Source: Acidobacteriota bacterium (GTDB lineage Bacteria > Acidobacteriota > Thermoanaerobaculia > Multivoradales > UBA5704). Taken from it: DNA of 18,523 nucleotides. The translations under genes were made by a program, and so were the position numbers. The stretch is taken from assembly GCA_040005235.1 (NCBI GenBank), contig JBDTZG010000085.1:1-18523 (forward strand). The letters are read 5' to 3'. The notes under the pieces are model-generated. The model was given only the letters and a program-made list of their open reading frames with translations. It was not told the DNA's origin and did not search any database. Of the stretch, positions 16,391 through 18,523 are shown piece by piece; position 1 is the first letter of the stretch; the number at the start of each line of letters is the position of its first letter.

Positions 16391-16909
16391 CTAGAGCAGC
16401 TTGACCCAGGCGCTGCCGTCGTCGGTGTGAAAGATCAGCTTCCGGCCCCGCTCGCCGCCCACCGCCTCGGCGACGATCGGAATCGCCCGCCGCCTCAACG
16501 TCTGCTGCGCCACCTCGACGTTGCGTCCGCCCAGGTGACCCGCATGGCCCGCAGCGCTGCCGTTCGCGCCGGCAAACGCAGCGAGCACCCGCGCCCCGCC
16601 GAAAACCTTGGCATGCAGGTTCGCCTCGCGGGCACCGGAGGCGACCACCGCATCGATCAGCCCTTCGATCGCCGCATTGCCGTAGCGCCAGGAAGCGCCG
16701 CCCCCCTCCACCCAGTGCGGCAGAAGGAAATGGTTCAGGCCGCCGACTTGGCGCTCCGGATCCCATAGGCAGACCGAGACGCACGAGCCGAGGATGGTCG
16801 AGATGGCCGTGGGCGTCCGGGCGATCGAAAAACCGCCCGGCGTCACGTAGATCCGCTCCCGCGTCTGGATCGCGGGCTCGGCATGCTGTGGTTCCGCCAC
16901 CGCGGCCAT
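16391..16909 (-). CDS. cheD: Chemoreceptor glutamine deamidase
   Basis: Motifs TILGSCVSVCLWD, GGLNHFLLP, RYG, AKVFGGA, GGRNV and GGERGRKLIF. Alternative TTG start at 16939. Confidence 0.95.
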   Translation of the reverse strand: MAAVAEPQHAEPAIQTRERIYVTPGGFSIARTPTAISTILGSCVSVCLWDPERQVGGLNHFLLPHWVEGGGASWRYGNAAIEGLIDAVVASGAREANLHAKVFGGARVLAAFAGANGSAAGHAGHLGGRNVEVAQQTLRRRAIPIVAEAVGGERGRKLIFHTDDGSAWVKLL

Positions 16910-16955
16910 CGAGCCCGCTTCGAAATCCCTGCCTCTCAACGTGGGAATCCCGAAC

Positions 16956-17771
16956 CTAGCGATCCAACGTGGAGCAATAGACCGCAGGAGCGGCCTGGGC
17001 GGCGAGGAGGTCGAACAGCTCGGCGTCGATCGGCGCGAAACGCCCGCCCTTCTGAGGCAGCAGACGGAACACCGCGATCAGCCCGGCCACCCGGCCGTCG
17101 AGCTTCAGCGGCACGCAGGCCGAAAGATGCTCCTCGCCCTCTCGCTTTTCCGCCTCGGGCGCCGTGCCGGCGAAATAGGCGCTGCCGGAAGCCGCCGAGC
17201 GGCCGATCCAGCCTTCACCCAGGCTCACCCGCTCGAATGGGTCGTCCACCAGCCCGAACGACGAGACGCGCAGCAGCTCGTTCGATCCGGGGGCGAGCTC
17301 GTAGATGCCGAACTCTTCGCAGCCGATCAGGTTGATCACGATCTCCTGGATCGCTTGGAGCACCTCTTCGCGGTCGAGCGTCGAGTGCAGACGATATGTC
17401 GCGACGTATAGATTTGCGAGGTCGTTGTTGCGCTGCTCCAGCTCGGTGAAGCGATTGGAGAACCCGTGATTTTCGCGCTCGATCTGGGACAGCTGAAGCT
17501 CCAGCCGCTCGCGGTCCTGGCGGAACGAATCGAGCTCGCGCGCAAGGCCGGAGGCCTGATCGCGCCAACGCGCCGCCTCGTCCTCCAGCCGGCGGCGCTC
17601 GCCGTCGACCTCCGCGGTCAGGCGGCGCAGCTTCTCGTTCTCGGCCAACAGGTCTTGAATGTAGCGCTGGGTGTCCTCGCGGACCTTTTGCACGTAATGG
17701 CCAGGCTCGGTGCCGGCCGCCAGCTTTTCGTTCGGTCGATCCGTCGGTTGATCGCTCGTTTGATCTTTCAT
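16956..17771 (-). CDS. Coiled-coil plus GAF domain protein with no output domain
   Basis: About 95 aa heptad-rich N-terminal part, then GAF-type LHSTLDREEVLQAIQEIV...GEGWIGRSA...ACVPLKLDGRVAGLI...DAELFDLLAAQAA. ATGA overlap with the upstream regulator. Confidence 0.88.
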   Translation of the reverse strand: MKDQTSDQPTDRPNEKLAAGTEPGHYVQKVREDTQRYIQDLLAENEKLRRLTAEVDGERRRLEDEAARWRDQASGLARELDSFRQDRERLELQLSQIERENHGFSNRFTELEQRNNDLANLYVATYRLHSTLDREEVLQAIQEIVINLIGCEEFGIYELAPGSNELLRVSSFGLVDDPFERVSLGEGWIGRSAASGSAYFAGTAPEAEKREGEEHLSACVPLKLDGRVAGLIAVFRLLPQKGGRFAPIDAELFDLLAAQAAPAVYCSTLDR

Positions 17772-18175
17772 AGGGCGGCCATTCCGGCGCCCGCCGGAGC
17801 CGCACCGGCCGACGCGAGCTGGTTGTCGACCTTGGTCAACAGCTCCAGGCCGTTGATCGGCTTGGTCACATAGTCGTTGCAGCCCGCCTCGAACCCGCGC
17901 TCGACGTTTTCCTCTTCGCCGCGAGTGGTGACCATGATGATCGGCGTGGTCCTCGTCCCCTCTTCGGCGCGCAGCGCGCGGCAGACCGCGAAGCCGTCCA
18001 TCTTCGGCATGATCACGTCGAGCAGAATCAGGTCGGGCCGTTCGACCCGGGCCTTCTCGATCGCGTCTTCGCCGTTGGTGGCCTTGACCACCTGGTAGCG
18101 GCCGTTCAGGATCATCTCTTCCATGAACAGCGTGGTCATCGAATCGTCAACCAGCAGAACCTTCTGTTTGAGCAT
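17768..18175 (-). CDS. Single-domain response regulator (CheY/PilH-like receiver)
   Basis: Motifs LLVDDS, LILLDVIMPKMDG, IIMVTT and DYVTKP. Confidence 0.95.
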   Translation of the reverse strand: MLKQKVLLVDDSMTTLFMEEMILNGRYQVVKATNGEDAIEKARVERPDLILLDVIMPKMDGFAVCRALRAEEGTRTTPIIMVTTRGEEENVERGFEAGCNDYVTKPINGLELLTKVDNQLASAGAAPAGAGMAAL

Positions 18176-18187
18176 GAGACCCCCAGC

Positions 18188-18193
18188 ATTGTA
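18188..18193 (-). promoter_or_regulatory. Candidate -10 (TACAAT) for the chemosensory operon
   Basis: Minus-strand TACAAT 12 nt upstream of ATG 18175 in an AT-richer patch; no clear -35. Confidence 0.35.
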
Positions 18194-18523
18194 AAATGAT
18201 CACAAAGACGCGCATTCCCGATCCTTGCCGGAAATCGGCACTCCGCAGCCGATCCCAAGCCCTCCTCCGGCTCGCACGTTTTGCTAAATCCGATCGGCTT
18301 GCACGATCGAGGCCCGGTCTTAAAGGCGAGAGCAATTTGATCCGAGAGTGCTGATTGTCGTCCCAAGCGCGCTTTTTTTCAAATGCACGCCCGCCGTCGC
18401 AGACACTTTTTCACCAGCGCGAATGGTCAGTCGTGGATCTTATTGTTTCCCTTGATCGGCTCGAGTGGCTTTTCCTGGGGGCGCCGAGCTCCAGCTCGGC
18501 TGTTTTGGCGACCTCGCCGCCTC

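Noticed and set aside
18200-18523. Possible sigma54 promoter or small ORFs upstream of the che operon
   Set aside because: GCAC/TTGC-like words lack the GG-N10-GC spacing in the right orientation, and the short ORFs have no recognisable features.

Overview
GC-rich bacterial chromosomal window. The acidobacterial-type VWA gene suggests Acidobacteriota, but this is inference only. The left half holds housekeeping and envelope genes: the 3' end of a FadB/FadJ-type 3-hydroxyacyl-CoA dehydrogenase, a secreted VWA protein, a CDP-alcohol phosphatidyltransferase, a TVP38/DedA protein, a lipoprotein resembling a stand-alone M35 protease prodomain, an outer-membrane beta-barrel, a DUF971 protein, toxin-antitoxin remnants, mobA, a cyclophilin and a cold-shock protein. 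These are interspersed with three REPIN-like ~110-130 bp elements and one GTAG-type REP. The right half (minus strand) is a complete chemosensory operon: REC regulator, coiled-coil+GAF, cheD, cheA, porin, small periplasmic binding-like protein, MCP, cheW, cheR, cheB. The most unusual element is an apparently non-coding ~490 bp array at 6154-6646. It has 23 palindromic GGA-N4-TCC motifs at an exact 21 bp period with unique 11 bp spacers, is closed by in-register terminal inverted repeats, and shows base covariation inside the spacers. It lies directly upstream of a small orphan helical gene (5713-6087). This array plus gene is the best candidate for an undescribed system.
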